Source: an uncultured delta proteobacterium | Lineage (GTDB): Bacteria; Desulfobacterota; Binatia; UBA9968 | DNA length: 64,000 nucleotides | Direction: 5' to 3' | NCBI GenBank assembly: GCA_963727625.1 | Contig: CAVSHR010000011.1 | Location: 128,001 to 192,000 of the forward strand | In this document: piece after piece, positions 9,889 to 20,376 of the stretch | Numbering within the stretch: position 1 is the stretch's first letter | Layout of the letters: each line of letters opens with the position of its first letter | Program-made: the position numbers and the translations under genes | Notes under the pieces: generated by a model | The model's input: only the letters and a program-made list of their open reading frames with translations | The model's database searches: none | Told to the model about the DNA's origin: nothing

Positions 9889-11271
9889 ATGTGTGACACA
9901 GCGGATGACGGCGTTGGTATCAGCAATTCGGTCCCCCGTGAGTTGAGGCTGCGCAACCGCGGGCTCCGCACGGCGGATCTCTCGGCATTGATGCCATTTG
10001 CGCGGCAGCTCGCCAACTCGCGCGAGAACCGCGACAGTCACATCGGCTTCGTCGGCTATGACAAGACCCAATCCGGCAACAAAATTCTTATCGCCATCGA
10101 TCGCGAGTACGATTTGGACGTGCCCCACGCGGTGGCGGCGGCGCTGCGCGAAAAAGGCGCGCATGTGGATCTGCTGGTCGCTGATAGGGGCGATCCCGAC
10201 CGAGTTTTTGATTACACCGACGAGGTGGAAGTCATCATGCGGCGCGAGCCCTGGGACAACAACCCGAGGCGCTGGGAGGGCACGCCTTATATCGAAGACT
10301 TCGCGCTGCGCGGCGGTTACGACCTGCTGATTCACGGCAAAGGCGGGCCGATCCCGAAAAGCGCCTTTCGCTACGAACAAATTCCTTGGCTGCGCGCCGA
10401 GCATTTCTTGCAGCGCTCGACAACGTATCCGCTTGACCTCCATTTGCTCATCAACAAGAAGACCTGGGACCCGATTTGGGAGTACGGTCGCGGCGGCCGC
10501 GCCCGTCTGACCGACGCCGAAGGCACGGATGTCTCGTGGACCTATTGGGATGAATATTACGACGGTACGCGCTATGGTTTTTCTTCGACGCCGCGCAACG
10601 GTCATCTGTTCGGCCATCCGGTGCCGCCGATCATCGCCAGGGAAGACGCGGCGGGCGTCGTCGCCGGAACGACCAGCCATTTTTCCAAAGCGTTCCCGCA
10701 AGTCAGAGTCGAGCTCGAAGGCGGGCAGCTTGTTAAGATCAGCGGCGGCGCCGCCTATGGCGACGCGTGGCGCGATCTGCTCGAAGAAAGCCGGCGCACT
10801 CAATATCCCTGCTTCCCGCGGCCGGGATTATTTTATCTTTGGGAAGTCGCCATCGGCACCAATCCCAAGATCATGCGGCCGAGCGGCATCGAAAAACATT
10901 CTTCGGGCGGTTTCGAGTGGGAGCGGCGCCGATCAGGTGTCATCCACATGGGCTTCGGCACGCTGTGGCGTTCCGCCGAGGAAAAATGGGCGGGTGAGAA
11001 CGGAATTCTTTACGGGCACTTACATATCCACTTGCTGTTTCCGACTTTTACGATCACGACCAAGAGCGGCAGGGACTACACGATCATTCGCAACGGCAGA
11101 TTAACCGCGCTGGACGATCCCGAGGTACGCAAGCTGGCAGAGAAGTACGGCGATCCCGACGATCTCTTGCGCGAAGACTGGATTCCACAAATTCCGGGGA
11201 TCACCTACTCGGGATCCTATGAGGATTATGCGCGCAATCCGGGCAAATGGATTTACCCGCAGAGTGCCTAA
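9889..11271 (+). CDS. M29/aminopeptidase-T-fold metalloenzyme (NicX-like), function unknown
   Basis: C-terminal WEVAIGTNPK...ERRRSGVIHMGFG...GHLHIH pattern resembles thermophilic metalloprotease/NicX-type folds; start codon uncertain. Confidence 0.55.
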   Translation: MCDTADDGVGISNSVPRELRLRNRGLRTADLSALMPFARQLANSRENRDSHIGFVGYDKTQSGNKILIAIDREYDLDVPHAVAAALREKGAHVDLLVADRGDPDRVFDYTDEVEVIMRREPWDNNPRRWEGTPYIEDFALRGGYDLLIHGKGGPIPKSAFRYEQIPWLRAEHFLQRSTTYPLDLHLLINKKTWDPIWEYGRGGRARLTDAEGTDVSWTYWDEYYDGTRYGFSSTPRNGHLFGHPVPPIIAREDAAGVVAGTTSHFSKAFPQVRVELEGGQLVKISGGAAYGDAWRDLLEESRRTQYPCFPRPGLFYLWEVAIGTNPKIMRPSGIEKHSSGGFEWERRRSGVIHMGFGTLWRSAEEKWAGENGILYGHLHIHLLFPTFTITTKSGRDYTIIRNGRLTALDDPEVRKLAEKYGDPDDLLREDWIPQIPGITYSGSYEDYARNPGKWIYPQSA

Positions 11272-11278
11272 GACCCTG

Positions 11279-11330
11279 TTCGTGAAACGTGTTCGTGTTA
11301 TCTCCGACCGCTAGCACGAGCACGAAAATG
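11279..11330. repeat. Hexamer (TTCGTG/CACGAG) palindromic intergenic element
   Basis: CGTGTTCGTGTTA 11288-11300 pairs with TAGCACGAGCACG 11312-11324. Confidence 0.5.
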
Positions 11331-11467
11331 ATTGCGATATCTTCACGGTCGTCTAGCGGCAGGGATTCACCGTTAAGCACTTGAGGTTGTTGCCATATCC
11401 ACGCCCTAGCCGCTCTTGAAGTCACCGGTAGCGATCGATATGATCCGGTGCGAAGGAGAGTTTTTTA

Positions 11468-12865
11468 ATGGCCGGTAGGACACTTTACGATAAAATCTGG
11501 GAATCCCACTCGGTTGGGGTTTTGCCGACGGGGCAAATGCAACTTTTCATCGGGCTTCATCTTATCCATGAGATCACGACGGCGCCGGCGTTCGACATGC
11601 TGCGCGAAAACGGCATGGATGTGGCGTTTCGCGACCGCACCTTCGCGACCGTGGATCACATTGTCCCGACCGATCTACGCCAACGGCCTTTTCTCGACAA
11701 AGAGGCCGAAGAGTTGACTCAGGCGCTGGAGCGGAACGTGAAGCAGTTCGGCGTCGAATTTTTTGGCCTGGATAGCATGAACCAGGGTATCGTTCATGTC
11801 ATCGGCCCACAGCTCGGCTTGACTCAACCCGGTATGACGCTCGCCTGCGGTGACAGCCACACGAGTACCCACGGTGCTTTTGGCACGCTCGCCTTCGGCA
11901 TCGGCACCAGCCAGGTGCGCGACGTGTTGGCGACTCAAACCCTGGCAATGGATAAGCTCAAAGTGCGCCGGATCAATATCAACGGCGCGCTCGGCACCGG
12001 TGTCTACGCCAAGGATGTCATTCTCTACATCATTCGCCGGCTCGGCGTCGGTGGCGGTAAAGGCTTTGCCTACGAATATGGCGGTGCCGTGATCGACCGG
12101 ATGAACATGGAAGAGCGCATGACGGTATGCAACATGAGCATTGAGGGTGGCGCTTTGGTGGGTTACGTCAATCCGGACCAGACGACTTTTGATTATCTCA
12201 AAGGTCGGCCTTATGTGCCGACGGGCGAGGCTTTCGGGCGAGCGATGAATTACTGGAAGTCGGTCGCCTCGGACGGTGACGCCAAGTTCGATGATGTCGT
12301 TAATTATGAGGGGAGCGAGATCGAACCGACCGTGACTTGGGGCATCAACCCCGGACAATCCGTCGGTATCTCCGAAACCCTGCCCAAGCCCGCGGAATAC
12401 GCTGATCCAGAAGGCGCCAAGAAAGCCTACGAGCATATGGGCTGGACGCCAGGGACGCCGATTGCCGGTACGCCGATCAACGTCGCTTTCATCGGCTCGT
12501 GCACGAACGGCCGTCTCGCCGATTTCCGCGCCGCAGCAAAGATCGCCAAAGGGAGGAAAATAAACCCCAATGTGCGCGCTCTCGTTGTTCCCGGCTCGGC
12601 GGAAGTGAAGAAGCTCGCCGAACAGGAAGGGCTGGACAAGATTTTCGAAGCAGCGGGCTTTCAGTGGCGCGAAGCGGGTTGCTCGATGTGTCTGGCGATG
12701 AACCCGGACAAACTCAACGGCAGGGAAGTTTCCGCGTCGTCATCGAATCGCAATTTCATCGGTCGCCAAGGTAGCCCGCAGGGACGGACACTGCTCATGA
12801 GCCCGGCGATGGTGGTAGCCGCGGCGCTCAACGGCAAAGTGACCGACGTGCGCCAGTACGAGTAA
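11468..12865 (+). CDS. leuC: 3-isopropylmalate dehydratase large subunit
   Basis: [42 protein letters not shown]. Confidence 0.97.
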   Translation: MAGRTLYDKIWESHSVGVLPTGQMQLFIGLHLIHEITTAPAFDMLRENGMDVAFRDRTFATVDHIVPTDLRQRPFLDKEAEELTQALERNVKQFGVEFFGLDSMNQGIVHVIGPQLGLTQPGMTLACGDSHTSTHGAFGTLAFGIGTSQVRDVLATQTLAMDKLKVRRININGALGTGVYAKDVILYIIRRLGVGGGKGFAYEYGGAVIDRMNMEERMTVCNMSIEGGALVGYVNPDQTTFDYLKGRPYVPTGEAFGRAMNYWKSVASDGDAKFDDVVNYEGSEIEPTVTWGINPGQSVGISETLPKPAEYADPEGAKKAYEHMGWTPGTPIAGTPINVAFIGSCTNGRLADFRAAAKIAKGRKINPNVRALVVPGSAEVKKLAEQEGLDKIFEAAGFQWREAGCSMCLAMNPDKLNGREVSASSSNRNFIGRQGSPQGRTLLMSPAMVVAAALNGKVTDVRQYE

Positions 12866-12875
12866 GCGAGGCAAT

Positions 12876-13490
12876 ATGAGCGAGTTTGTTAGAATTGTGA
12901 AAATCACCGGCACGGCGGTGCCGATGCGCGGCAATGACATCGATACCGACCGGATCATTCCGGCGCGGTATTTAAAGGAAGTGACCTTTGCGCGCATGGG
13001 CGATTATCCGTTTTTCGACGAACGCTACAGCGCCGACGGCAAAAAGAAAGATCATCCGTTCAATGATCCCGAGTATAGCGGTGCTTCGGTCTTGTTTGTC
13101 AACAAGAACTTCGGCTGCGGCTCGTCGCGCGAGCATGCCCCTCAAGCGCTCAATCGATTCGGCATCAAAGTGATCGTCGGCGAGTCGTTCGCGGCGATCT
13201 TTGCGGGCAATTGCACGATGATGGGGGTGCCGACGGTGACCGTCGGGGAAAAAGACATTCAGCAGCTGATGAGGAGCGTCGAGGAAAACCCTAAAACGGA
13301 GTACGCGGTCGACCTGGAGAGCAAGACGCTGGTCTACGGCAATGAGAAGATCGCTATCGACCTGCCGGAAACCTACCGCACGGCATTGATGACAGGATCG
13401 TGGAATTCCACCGCGCTGTTGCGCGCCAATCTCGATCAGGTCAAGCAGACTGCCGCCAAACTGCCATACATCGGTAACTTCGCCAACTGA
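12876..13490 (+). CDS. leuD: 3-isopropylmalate dehydratase small subunit
   Basis: DIDTDRIIPARYL, NFGCGSSREHAP. Confidence 0.97.
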   Translation: MSEFVRIVKITGTAVPMRGNDIDTDRIIPARYLKEVTFARMGDYPFFDERYSADGKKKDHPFNDPEYSGASVLFVNKNFGCGSSREHAPQALNRFGIKVIVGESFAAIFAGNCTMMGVPTVTVGEKDIQQLMRSVEENPKTEYAVDLESKTLVYGNEKIAIDLPETYRTALMTGSWNSTALLRANLDQVKQTAAKLPYIGNFAN

Positions 13491-13534
13491 TTTCTCACGA
13501 TTTCGAAAATCGGCGACACACTCCGGACTGACTG

Positions 13535-14233
13535 ATGGCTGAACGAATCGTCTCCATGCACGCCGCGCATCGCAGCGGCAAAGAAGTTGTCGACGGTTTT
13601 TTATCCCGTCCGACCGGCGGCGGCGAGCGGCCTGCCATTGTCTTAGTCCACGGCTATCGGGGCTTGGATGATGGCCAACGCGCCGTGACACGGCGCTTTG
13701 CCCAAGAAGGTTTTGTCTGTCTGTCCCCCGATTTGTTCCATGGCAAGATCTATCACACGCTGGAAGAATGCGCGCTTAAGAAAACTTCCCTCGACATTCC
13801 GCGCGCCGTCAACAACATCGTCGACAGCGTGCCTTATTTGCGCAAGCTTCCCTGGGTCGGCAAGAAAAAAGTCGCCGTGCTTGGTTTTTGCATGGGCGGC
13901 GGTTTGGCGCTGTATGCCTTGGCGCAATCGAAAGCGTTCGCCGCCGGCGTGATTTACTATCAGAGCCTGTTTCCGGACCCGGAAGAATTGAAAAGCATCG
14001 GTGCGCCGATGCTCTGCCACTACGGCACCGACGATCCGGGAACGACGCAGACCGAGATCGACATGTTTCGCGCCAGTTTGGATAAATACAAGAAAAAGTA
14101 CGAGATCGAGATGTACCAAGGGGCCGGGCACGCGTTTTTGAACAATCCCCAAAGCAAGGTTGGGGCGAACCGAGAGGCAGCGGAGAAGTCGGTGGTCAAA
14201 ACCGTAAAGTGGCTAAGAAAGATTTTAGCCTAG
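13535..14233 (+). CDS. Dienelactone hydrolase family protein
   Basis: GFCMGG nucleophile elbow, YGTDD, GAGHAF. Confidence 0.9.
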   Translation: MAERIVSMHAAHRSGKEVVDGFLSRPTGGGERPAIVLVHGYRGLDDGQRAVTRRFAQEGFVCLSPDLFHGKIYHTLEECALKKTSLDIPRAVNNIVDSVPYLRKLPWVGKKKVAVLGFCMGGGLALYALAQSKAFAAGVIYYQSLFPDPEELKSIGAPMLCHYGTDDPGTTQTEIDMFRASLDKYKKKYEIEMYQGAGHAFLNNPQSKVGANREAAEKSVVKTVKWLRKILA

Positions 14234-14263
14234 AGCAGTAACTGCAAAACTGGGAGAACGATT

Positions 14264-14569
14264 GTGGCGAATAAGTGGGATGAGAGGAAGAAAGCACAAG
14301 AAGACGAATATTTTATCAAGAAAGAGCGTGAGCTAGTTGCGAAGTTGAAGGCGAAGCAAGAAACCGAAGCGAAAGAGGCGGCCAAAAAGGCTTCGTTCAT
14401 GAAGTGTCCTAAATGTGGCGAGGCGCTCAAAGAGCGCAGTTTTCAGAAAATTCTCATCGACCAATGTACGGGGTGCAACGGCATTTGGCTCGATGCCGGC
14501 GAGCTCGAACAAGTCGCCGACCAGGAAGGCGGAAGCTGGCTCGGCAAGTTCTGGCAGAAAAACAGTTAA
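14264..14569 (+). CDS. zf-TFIIB-type Zn-ribbon protein with charged N-terminal helix
   Basis: CPKCG...IDQCTGCNGIWLDAGEL; GTG start after GGGAG. Confidence 0.85.
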   Translation: MANKWDERKKAQEDEYFIKKERELVAKLKAKQETEAKEAAKKASFMKCPKCGEALKERSFQKILIDQCTGCNGIWLDAGELEQVADQEGGSWLGKFWQKNS

Positions 14570-14636
14570 AGCGGTGTGGCGGCAACATTACGCCTAGGAT
14601 TGCATTTCGGGACGTAAAGCTTCAAAGGAGGCTGTC

Positions 14637-15212
14637 ATGAAACGAAATTTAAAAAATTGCCGTTTTCTGATAGCCGCTTTGGTCTTGGCTTTGCCACTGG
14701 CGCAGAATTTGCGGCTAGGGCGCGCTCAAGAAGGCAAAATCGTTCCCTATGTGCCGACGCCGCAGAAGGTCGTTGACCGGATGCTGGCGCTCGCCGGGGT
14801 AAAAAAAGGCGATGTGGTTTACGATCTTGGCTCCGGCGACGGTCGCATCGTGATCACCGCCGCAAAAAAATTCGGTGTCAAAGCGGTCGGTTTCGAGATC
14901 GATCCGGAGCGTATCAAAGAGTCCCGTGCGAACATCAAGAAGGCCGGCGTTGGCGACTTGGTCGAGATTCGCCAGCAGGATATCCTCACCGTAGACTTGT
15001 CACCGGCATCGGTACTAACGATGTATCTACTTCCTGAAGTCAATCTGATGATCCGGCCCAATATTTGGAAGCAGATGAAGCCGGGCTCGCGTGTGGTTTC
15101 GCATGATTTCGACATGGGCGACTGGAAGCCGCTCAAGACCGAATACATCCAAGATGGCTCGAGTTGGGATCACACGCTTTATCTCTGGCATGTCGAAGCG
15201 GGAAAGAAATAA
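14637..15212 (+). CDS. Class I SAM-dependent methyltransferase with N-terminal signal-like peptide
   Basis: VPYVPTP, YDLGSGDGRIV, RVVSHDF; AAGGAGG RBS. Confidence 0.88.
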   Translation: MKRNLKNCRFLIAALVLALPLAQNLRLGRAQEGKIVPYVPTPQKVVDRMLALAGVKKGDVVYDLGSGDGRIVITAAKKFGVKAVGFEIDPERIKESRANIKKAGVGDLVEIRQQDILTVDLSPASVLTMYLLPEVNLMIRPNIWKQMKPGSRVVSHDFDMGDWKPLKTEYIQDGSSWDHTLYLWHVEAGKK

Positions 15213-15275
15213 TTCGGTCGGTCGGCGGCACAAAGGCAGAGTGATTTTATTCCTGTTCAGTCTAATCGGAGGATT

Positions 15276-16439
15276 TTGAATCACATGATGAAATGGCGAG
15301 TAGCGGTGGTCACCATGTTGCTGGCATGGGCAGCGGTCGCTAGTCGCGGGCAGGCGGCCGAGATCAAAATTGGCATCGCCGAAGCATTGACCGGCAATGC
15401 GGCGCAATATGGCATATCGATCCGTAAGGGTTTCGAGCTCGGAGCGGCTGAAATTAATGCCGCAGGCGGTATCAATGGCCAGAAGCTTAGTCTTGTGATC
15501 GAAGATGAACAGGGCAGGAAAGAAGAGGCGATCAACGTCTTCAAAAAATTGATATTTCAAGACAAGGTTTTAATGCTTTTCGGCCCGACCTTGTCCAATT
15601 CCGCTCAGGCCTCCGACCCCGTGGCGCAATCGGCGAAAGTCGTTGTCTTCGGCACCTCAAACACCGCCGACGGGATTAGTTCCATCGGCAACTACGTCTT
15701 TCGTAATTCGGTTACTGAAGCTGACATCTTGCCGGTGACGCTCAAAGTTGCGGTGCAAAAAACCGGTCTCAGAAAAGTCGCGGTGCTCTACGGCAACGAC
15801 GATATCTTCACCAAAAGCGGCTACGATAATTTCGTCAAGGCGCTGAAAGCGCTCAAGATCGCGGTGACCAACACCGAAACCTTCGCCAAGGGAGATGTCG
15901 ACTTCAAGCCGCAATTGACCAAGATTAAAGCGGCAAATCCGGATGCGGTGGTTTTGTCCGCGCTTATCGCCGAGGGCGCACCGATCATGGTTCAAGCGCG
16001 CCAGTTGGGCATCGCTTTGCCGTTTGTCGGCGGCAATGGCATGAACTCGCCGCGGATATTCGATCTCGCGAAAGGCAGCTCGGATAATCTCTGGGTCGGC
16101 AGCCCTTGGTCGGTGGAAAATTCCGCCCCGGAAAACAAGCGCTTCATTGCCTCATTTCAAAAAGCCCATGGGGCGATGCCCGATCAATTCGCTGCGCAGG
16201 CCTACGATGCGATGTATATTTTGGCCGAGGCGCTCAAGAAAACTAAAATGACCGGCAAACTCGAAGCGGACCGCAGAGCGCTGCGCGATAATCTGCCGGA
16301 TACCCGGTGGACCGGCGCTACGGGGCCTTTCAAATTTCGCCAGGTACGCGGTCGTGGCGGAAAGCTGGCAGGTTACGACGCGGTGCAAACCGCGATCGTC
16401 ATGGTGACCAAGGGCAGTCGGTACGTGATTCAAAATTAG
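15276..16439 (+). CDS. Branched-chain amino acid-type ABC transporter substrate-binding protein
   Basis: Signal peptide, IKIG..LTG, EINAAGGING; first gene of a liv-type operon. Confidence 0.92.
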   Translation: MNHMMKWRVAVVTMLLAWAAVASRGQAAEIKIGIAEALTGNAAQYGISIRKGFELGAAEINAAGGINGQKLSLVIEDEQGRKEEAINVFKKLIFQDKVLMLFGPTLSNSAQASDPVAQSAKVVVFGTSNTADGISSIGNYVFRNSVTEADILPVTLKVAVQKTGLRKVAVLYGNDDIFTKSGYDNFVKALKALKIAVTNTETFAKGDVDFKPQLTKIKAANPDAVVLSALIAEGAPIMVQARQLGIALPFVGGNGMNSPRIFDLAKGSSDNLWVGSPWSVENSAPENKRFIASFQKAHGAMPDQFAAQAYDAMYILAEALKKTKMTGKLEADRRALRDNLPDTRWTGATGPFKFRQVRGRGGKLAGYDAVQTAIVMVTKGSRYVIQN

Positions 16440-16442
16440 CGG

Positions 16443-17324
16443 ATGCTCGTCCAACAAATCGTCAACGCAATTACCTTGGGCGGCGTCTACGCGCTCTTCG
16501 CCCTCGGATTCACTCTGGTCTTCGGCGTCCTAAATGTTGTCAATCTGGCCCACGGCGCGATTTTTATGCTCGGCGCCTACGTTGCGCTGCAAGCGGTTGT
16601 ACTACTCCACGCGCCGCTCCTGCCGGCGGTTTTGGCCGCCATGGCCTGCACCGCGATTGCCGGCTGGATTATCGATAAGCTGGTATTTGCACCCTTGCGC
16701 AGGCGCCGAGCGCCGCACCTGGCGCCGATGGTGGCGACCATCGGCTTAGCGCTGGCTATGACCAGCGCCGTCGAGGGTTTTTTCGGCGCGCAGAACTTGC
16801 GTTTTCCGGTCGAGATTTTGCCTGTCGAGGTCATCCATTTTGCCGGGGCGCGGATGAGCTGGTTGGAGCTCAGAATCGTTTTCCTGGCGTTCTTGCTCAT
16901 GGCTGTGCTGCTCTGGGGGCTTAAGAAAACTCTCTTGGGAACCGCCTTGCGAGGCCTTGCCGAGTCGCCCAAGGCCGCGGCGATTTTAGGCGTAGACGTC
17001 GACGGACTCTTCCGTGTCACATCGATGATCTCCGCCATGCTCGGCGGCGTCTCTGGGGCGCTGATCGCGCTCTACAGCAACGCGGTGTTTCCGCATATGG
17101 GTCAACCGATGTTGCATAAGGGGATCGCCGTGGTGATTCTTGGCGGCATGGGAGATATCCGGGGCGCCATGCTCGGCGGTTTTTTTCTCGGCTTTGCCGA
17201 GGTGTTTTCGGTTGCCTACATCGGCTCGACGATGCGCGATGCGGTCGCCTTCGGCTTACTGTTCGTCGTGCTCTTGCTCCGGCCCGAAGGGCTGTTCGGC
17301 CATGCGGCGCAGCGGCGCGCCTGA
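16443..17324 (+). CDS. livH: Liv-type ABC transporter permease (LivH-like)
   Basis: YALFALGFTLVFGVLNVVNLAHG; ILGGMG; RPEGLFG. Confidence 0.9.
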   Translation: MLVQQIVNAITLGGVYALFALGFTLVFGVLNVVNLAHGAIFMLGAYVALQAVVLLHAPLLPAVLAAMACTAIAGWIIDKLVFAPLRRRRAPHLAPMVATIGLALAMTSAVEGFFGAQNLRFPVEILPVEVIHFAGARMSWLELRIVFLAFLLMAVLLWGLKKTLLGTALRGLAESPKAAAILGVDVDGLFRVTSMISAMLGGVSGALIALYSNAVFPHMGQPMLHKGIAVVILGGMGDIRGAMLGGFFLGFAEVFSVAYIGSTMRDAVAFGLLFVVLLLRPEGLFGHAAQRRA

Positions 17325-17358
17325 GCGCCGACATGCTTATAGCTTTAGACCCGATCTC

Positions 17359-18222
17359 ATGGAATGGTTTGTTAACTTTTGGGCGACGTACAATACCTTG
17401 GTGTTTTCCACCGGCACCAACGTGCTGCTGGCATTGTCGATTTACCTTACGTTAGCATGCGGTTTGCTCACTGTGGCCAACGCGGCCTTTATGGCTCTCG
17501 GCGCGTACACTGCGGCATTATTGACTTTAGAGATCGGAATTCCGTTTGGCCTGGCACTGTTGGTTGGAGTGTTGCTGCCGGCGTTGGTGGCACTTTTGAT
17601 CGGCGGGCCAACACTGCGCCTTTCCGGTGTCTATCTAGCCATGGCGACGCTGGCCTTCGGCGAGGTCGTTCGCATCATGATTCTCAATGCCGAGGGTTTG
17701 ACCGGAGGCGCCCTCGGTCTCAACGGGATTCCGCAGCTCACCCAGGGTTTCCATGTGGCTGCGGCATTGGCCACAACACTCTACCTGGTAGTGCGCTTGG
17801 CAAACTCTCGCGTCGGACGGACTATCGCCGCGATTTGTCAAGACGAGACCGCTGCTGAGCTGGTCGGCGTCGACGTTCGAGCTTATAAGCTTTTGGTATT
17901 TGTGCTGGGCGCCGGTCTGGCCGGGCTGGCCGGCGGGCTCAACGCCCATTTTACGTTTTTTATCAGTCCCAATGAGTTCGGCTTCGAGCGGGCCGTGGAA
18001 ATTCTCGCCATGGGCGTATTGGGAGGCACAGGCAGTCCGTGGGGTGCGGTGATCGGCGGCGTCTTGATTACTTTATTGCCGGAGTTTTTACGCGGACTCG
18101 GCCACTATCGACCACTAATCAACGGGGCCATTCTAATCGTCATTATTCTCTATTCGCCCAAGGGGATATGGGAGCTCTTGCGCCCTTCGCGTGGGACGGC
18201 GAGAGCGCCGGCGGCAATGTAG
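17359..18222 (+). CDS. livM: Liv-type ABC transporter permease (LivM-like)
   Basis: LRLSGVYLAMATLAFGE; LGGTGS; start moved to ATG 17359. Confidence 0.9.
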   Translation: MEWFVNFWATYNTLVFSTGTNVLLALSIYLTLACGLLTVANAAFMALGAYTAALLTLEIGIPFGLALLVGVLLPALVALLIGGPTLRLSGVYLAMATLAFGEVVRIMILNAEGLTGGALGLNGIPQLTQGFHVAAALATTLYLVVRLANSRVGRTIAAICQDETAAELVGVDVRAYKLLVFVLGAGLAGLAGGLNAHFTFFISPNEFGFERAVEILAMGVLGGTGSPWGAVIGGVLITLLPEFLRGLGHYRPLINGAILIVIILYSPKGIWELLRPSRGTARAPAAM

Positions 18223-18225
18223 ACC

Positions 18226-18984
18226 ATGCTTAAACTGACTGCGGTGTCAAAAAATTTTGGGGGGCTTCAGGTCCTCGATGGTTTGGACCTGACAGTTCCC
18301 GAGCGGGGGGTATTCGGCCTGATTGGGCCGAACGGCGCGGGTAAGACTACCGTATTCAATCTGATCACCGGACTGCTGGCGCCGAGTTCGGGCAGCATCG
18401 AGTTTCGTGGCCAGCATCTCAATGGCATGGCGCCGCATCGTGTTACCCGGTGCGGCTTGGCGCGAACCTTTCAGAACATTCGCTTGTTCAAGGAAATGAC
18501 ACTTAGCGAAAATGTTCTCGTGGCTTTCAACGGCCGTCAGCGATCCGGCGCGCTGAGCCTGTTCTTGCCGCTGCCTTCCTACCGACTCGCGGCGCGACGC
18601 GAACAAGAACAGGCGCACGAGCTTCTGGCCAAAGTCGGCTTGACTGCCAAAGCCGATCTCTTGGCCGGGACGCTGTCCTACGGCGAACAGCGGCGCTTAG
18701 AGATCGCCCGCGCATTGGCGACTGAACCGAAATTGCTGTTGCTTGATGAACCGGCTGCGGGCATGAACAGCGCCGAAAAATTGCTGTTGATGGAGGAGAT
18801 CGTCAAATTGCACGAGAGCGGGTTGACTCTACTGATCATCGAGCACGACATGCGCTTCATCATGGGATTGTGCGAGCAAATCACCGTCTTGAATTTCGGC
18901 AAGGTGATCGCTTGCGGCGCACCGGACGAGATTCGCGCCCATCCGGAGGTTATAGCGGCGTATCTAGGCCGAGACGAGGCTTGA
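18226..18984 (+). CDS. livG: Liv-type ABC transporter ATP-binding protein (LivG-like)
   Basis: GPNGAGKTT, ARTFQNIRLF, LLLDEPAAG, IEHDM. Confidence 0.92.
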   Translation: MLKLTAVSKNFGGLQVLDGLDLTVPERGVFGLIGPNGAGKTTVFNLITGLLAPSSGSIEFRGQHLNGMAPHRVTRCGLARTFQNIRLFKEMTLSENVLVAFNGRQRSGALSLFLPLPSYRLAARREQEQAHELLAKVGLTAKADLLAGTLSYGEQRRLEIARALATEPKLLLLDEPAAGMNSAEKLLLMEEIVKLHESGLTLLIIEHDMRFIMGLCEQITVLNFGKVIACGAPDEIRAHPEVIAAYLGRDEA

Positions 18985-18997
18985 CTCACACCCAGCT

Positions 18998-19711
<714 letters not shown>

Positions 19712-19940
19712 ATATTTAGAGTATTGGTAAGGGTGTGCCGGCGGTAAACGCAGATGAATGAGCGGGATATACCCATCGGACCTCATACGCTTCCCGGTGC
19801 GGCTCAAGGGAATTACGGTGTTGTTTCAATTTGTACGAATTTTCGCATTTCCTGCACTTATCTGTATAGCTTTGCTGCGGTTTGTGTCTGATTTACTCAT
19901 CTTTGTCATGCTTTGGCCAACGACGTCCAGATCGCTCTGC

Positions 19941-19955
19941 TGGCACGGTTTCTGC
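19941..19955 (+). promoter_or_regulatory. Sigma-54 (-24/-12) promoter
   Basis: TGGCACGGTTTCTGC = GG-N10-GC, ~45 nt upstream of the HTH gene start. Confidence 0.7.
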
Positions 19956-20001
19956 CTTAATCACGGGTGAAAATCCCGACGATCCCGAGGAGGTTAGTGC
20001 C

Positions 20002-20205
20002 ATGGACGAAATTCTCACCGCCAGCGAAGTAGCCGAACTTTTGCAGATTCACCCCCGGACGGTTTACAAGCTCGTCAAAGAGGGATCTCTGCCGGGCCGG
20101 AAATTCGGCGGCGGCTGGCGCTTCAGTCGTTCCGAGATCCTTGCGATGGTTTCGCCTCAAGGCAGCCCGCCGGCGCCGCGCAAGCTGCACACCGAAGAGC
20201 GTTAG
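20002..20205 (+). CDS. Stand-alone excisionase-like (HTH_17) DNA-binding protein
   Basis: ILTASEVAELLQIHPRTVYKLVKEGSLPGRKFGGGWRF; GAGGAGG RBS. Confidence 0.88.
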   Translation: MDEILTASEVAELLQIHPRTVYKLVKEGSLPGRKFGGGWRFSRSEILAMVSPQGSPPAPRKLHTEER

Positions 20206-20376
20206 CGTCGACGTTTTTTTTTGGTCCCGGTATTCTTCAATCTCTGCGCCGACCGGAGTTTTACTGTTTCGCTCGGCGCACTGCGGTCCTGCTCGCCGTC
20301 CTTCGGCTTGACTTCTCGTTCGATCCAACGCTAGCTAGTAGTAGCATCGAGAATTTAAACCAAACAGGATGGGTTC

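Noticed and set aside
16437-18228. In-frame TAG-NNN-ATG junctions (SBP/livH and livM/livG) suggesting amber read-through
   Set aside because: 3-nt spacing is common in operons, each gene is complete on its own, and no pyl genes are seen
20002-20205. Prophage or ICE signalled by the excisionase-like gene
   Set aside because: No integrase, tRNA, att repeats or phage genes nearby
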